NCBI GenBank assembly: GCA_003671185.1
Contig: QWPN01000032.1
Location: forward strand, 15,805 to 79,804
DNA length: 64,000 nt
Origin: Planctomycetota bacterium
Lineage (GTDB): Bacteria > Planctomycetota > Planctomycetia > Pirellulales > UBA1268
Direction: 5' to 3'
Numbering within the stretch: position 1 is the stretch's first letter; the number at the start of each line of letters is the position of its first letter. The translations under genes were made by a program, and so were the position numbers. This document shows positions 62,681 through 64,000 of this stretch, in pieces. The notes beneath the pieces were generated by a model. The model did not search any database and was not told the origin of the DNA. It was given only the letters and a program-made list of their open reading frames with translations.

Positions 62681-63904
62681 TCACTCCATCGCCCGCAATT
62701 CGGAGACCCACTCCCCAATCCGGTCCGGCACCATATAGCCCTCGGTCATCTTCAAGGGTAGTTTCTCGCCATCCGTCCCCTCGAACTCGTAGACCAAGAG
62801 GGCGTTGTCTCCCACGGCGTTGGCCTGGGCGCCGAGCTGCTTCTTCCAGCCTTCCACGTCGAGTTCGCTGCGGGCCGTGAACCGATCGCCCACCAGCGGC
62901 AGTTCCACCCATCCCGCCGGGGAGTCAGGCCTGAGCGCACCCTTGCGGATGCCCTTGCGGATCACGTCGGGCAACTTCTTGAATCCGTCCTCCTGCGCCA
63001 GGATCGCCTCGATCGACTCACGCTCGCGGGCCAACTGCTCACCGTTGAGCGGAAACAGCACCCACAGCCGCTTGGGTTCCACGTTTCGCGGCTTGGGGAA
63101 GTCGAACACCAGTTTTCCGTCCACGATGCTCACCCGCTTGCCCAGCACCTCGATGAAACTGGCCACCATCAGCGAGGCCGGCTGCAACTCCTTGATCGGG
63201 TTGCCGACCTTCTTGGGATCGCGGAGCGATTCGAAGAGCAACGCTTCATTGCCCACGATGTCGTTGAGTGTCACAAGGTAGCAGCGGCCCACGTTGGGCC
63301 AGGCCTGGGACACCTCGCGCTTGTTGGTCTTGACGCCGTCGTCCTCGGTGACCTCGAAGCGAATCGAGCGCGGCGGGCGTCCCTTGGGCAGCTTGAGGAC
63401 GTAGGTGCCGGGGCTGTGGAAGCGGAGATCGAACCCGTCGGGGTTCGCCACGCCGACGCCAACTTCCAGCGTCTTCTCCCCCTTGCCGTCCCCGGCGTCG
63501 GCCACCACGGTGGCGCTGTCCATGTAGCCGTAGGCGCTGCCGAGGTTGATGCTCCACGAACCGTCCTCGCCTTGCAGGGGCTCTATGAGCGCGGCCTTGG
63601 TCGCCGCAGAGCCATCACGCTTGGCACCGGTCCCGCGCGTGAGCACGGATCGCAGCACGAGATACGTTTCGGCGTCGACCGGCTCGACGACCATGTCCTT
63701 GAACGTGCAGCCGGTCGTGCCCTTGCGCGCCGACTCGAACTTCTGCTTCACCTCGCTGAGCGTGGTGGTGGGCTCGGTCTGGATCACCATGTAGATCACC
63801 CGGGCGTCGGCCGCGGCGGCACGTGCTGCACCGGCGAGCAGCAGACTTGCCCCCAGGCAGGCGCCGAGCGCGGCGGCCGGGATGCGGGCCAGTACGGGAT
63901 TCAT
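62681..63904 (-). CDS. Secreted hypothetical protein, 407 aa (array A, gene 1)
   Basis: ATG at 63904 with an AGGAG 8 nt upstream; the ORF extends to 63952. Signal peptide MNPVLARIPAAALGACLGASLLLAGAARAAAA. No known domain. Confidence 0.65.
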   Translation of the reverse strand: MNPVLARIPAAALGACLGASLLLAGAARAAAADARVIYMVIQTEPTTTLSEVKQKFESARKGTTGCTFKDMVVEPVDAETYLVLRSVLTRGTGAKRDGSAATKAALIEPLQGEDGSWSINLGSAYGYMDSATVVADAGDGKGEKTLEVGVGVANPDGFDLRFHSPGTYVLKLPKGRPPRSIRFEVTEDDGVKTNKREVSQAWPNVGRCYLVTLNDIVGNEALLFESLRDPKKVGNPIKELQPASLMVASFIEVLGKRVSIVDGKLVFDFPKPRNVEPKRLWVLFPLNGEQLARERESIEAILAQEDGFKKLPDVIRKGIRKGALRPDSPAGWVELPLVGDRFTARSELDVEGWKKQLGAQANAVGDNALLVYEFEGTDGEKLPLKMTEGYMVPDRIGEWVSELRAME

Positions 63905-64000
63905 CGGGTCACTCCTGGGGAATGCTGGTGGATGGGCGCTGGGATTGGTCACGGGGTGACGGCGGCGGCCGGCTGATCGGTGGGGAGGGGTCTCGACGGC

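Noticed and set aside
531-62880. Many long ORFs run antisense to or overlap the called genes, e.g. 531..1829(-), 4141..5313(-), 7187..8677(+), 24735..26765(+), 26458..28722(+), 28856..31696(+), 37349..39769(-), 41330..42919(+), 58219..60075(+), 60205..62880(+).
   Set aside because: Their translations are Arg/Pro/Gly/Ala/His-rich with no motifs, as expected for stop-poor alternative frames in high-GC DNA. The opposite or overlapping frame carries clear conserved-domain proteins in each case.
1-64000. I looked for CRISPR arrays, IS elements and terminal inverted repeats, rRNA genes, prophage genes and toxin-antitoxin pairs.
   Set aside because: No regularly spaced direct repeats, transposase or integrase-phage motifs, or rRNA-like sequence were seen by eye. 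The only tandem repeats are the in-frame coding hexanucleotide repeats already reported.

Overview
High-GC (roughly two-thirds G+C by eye) bacterial chromosomal window. The protein repertoire is compatible with Planctomycetota, but no search was run, so lineage is only an inference. Long antisense ORFs in the six-frame track are GC artefacts, and many long ORFs needed their starts trimmed. About 40 kb is recognisable housekeeping: (i) a Wsp-ordered chemosensory cluster on the + strand (MCP-CheW-CheR/TPR-CheW-CheA/REC-CheB, 1-7112) with no output gene; (ii) amidase, M32 carboxypeptidase, PIG-L deacetylase, XerC/D, a NarL-type regulator, hemC, comF and an lptF/G-type permease; (iii) fliW-csrA, plus a second orphan csrA at 37 kb; (iv) a long minus-strand gene train (36698 down to 20656) carrying an atypical complex I cluster (nuoI-A-C-D-H-J-K-L-M-N, without nuoB or nuoEFG), followed by tatD, a Tes/MJ0619-like radical SAM enzyme, lgt and a redoxin; (v) tRNA-Glu(UUC), hemH, a hydrolase and an aldo/keto reductase. 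The last ~23.5 kb (40428-63952, minus strand) is the stand-out region. It holds two tightly packed arrays of 12 genes with no assignable pathway. Array A encodes a secreted protein, a dynamin-like GTPase, an atypical Hsp70-like ATPase, a 1068-aa protein with a GrpE-like tail, a polytopic membrane protein, a TM-anchored Calx-beta-like protein and a secreted vWA protein. Array B encodes a Zn-ribbon Ras-like GTPase, a GAP1-like single-pass TM protein, its paralogue, a helical TM protein and a double-GYF protein. No rRNA, CRISPR array, IS element or prophage signature was seen.
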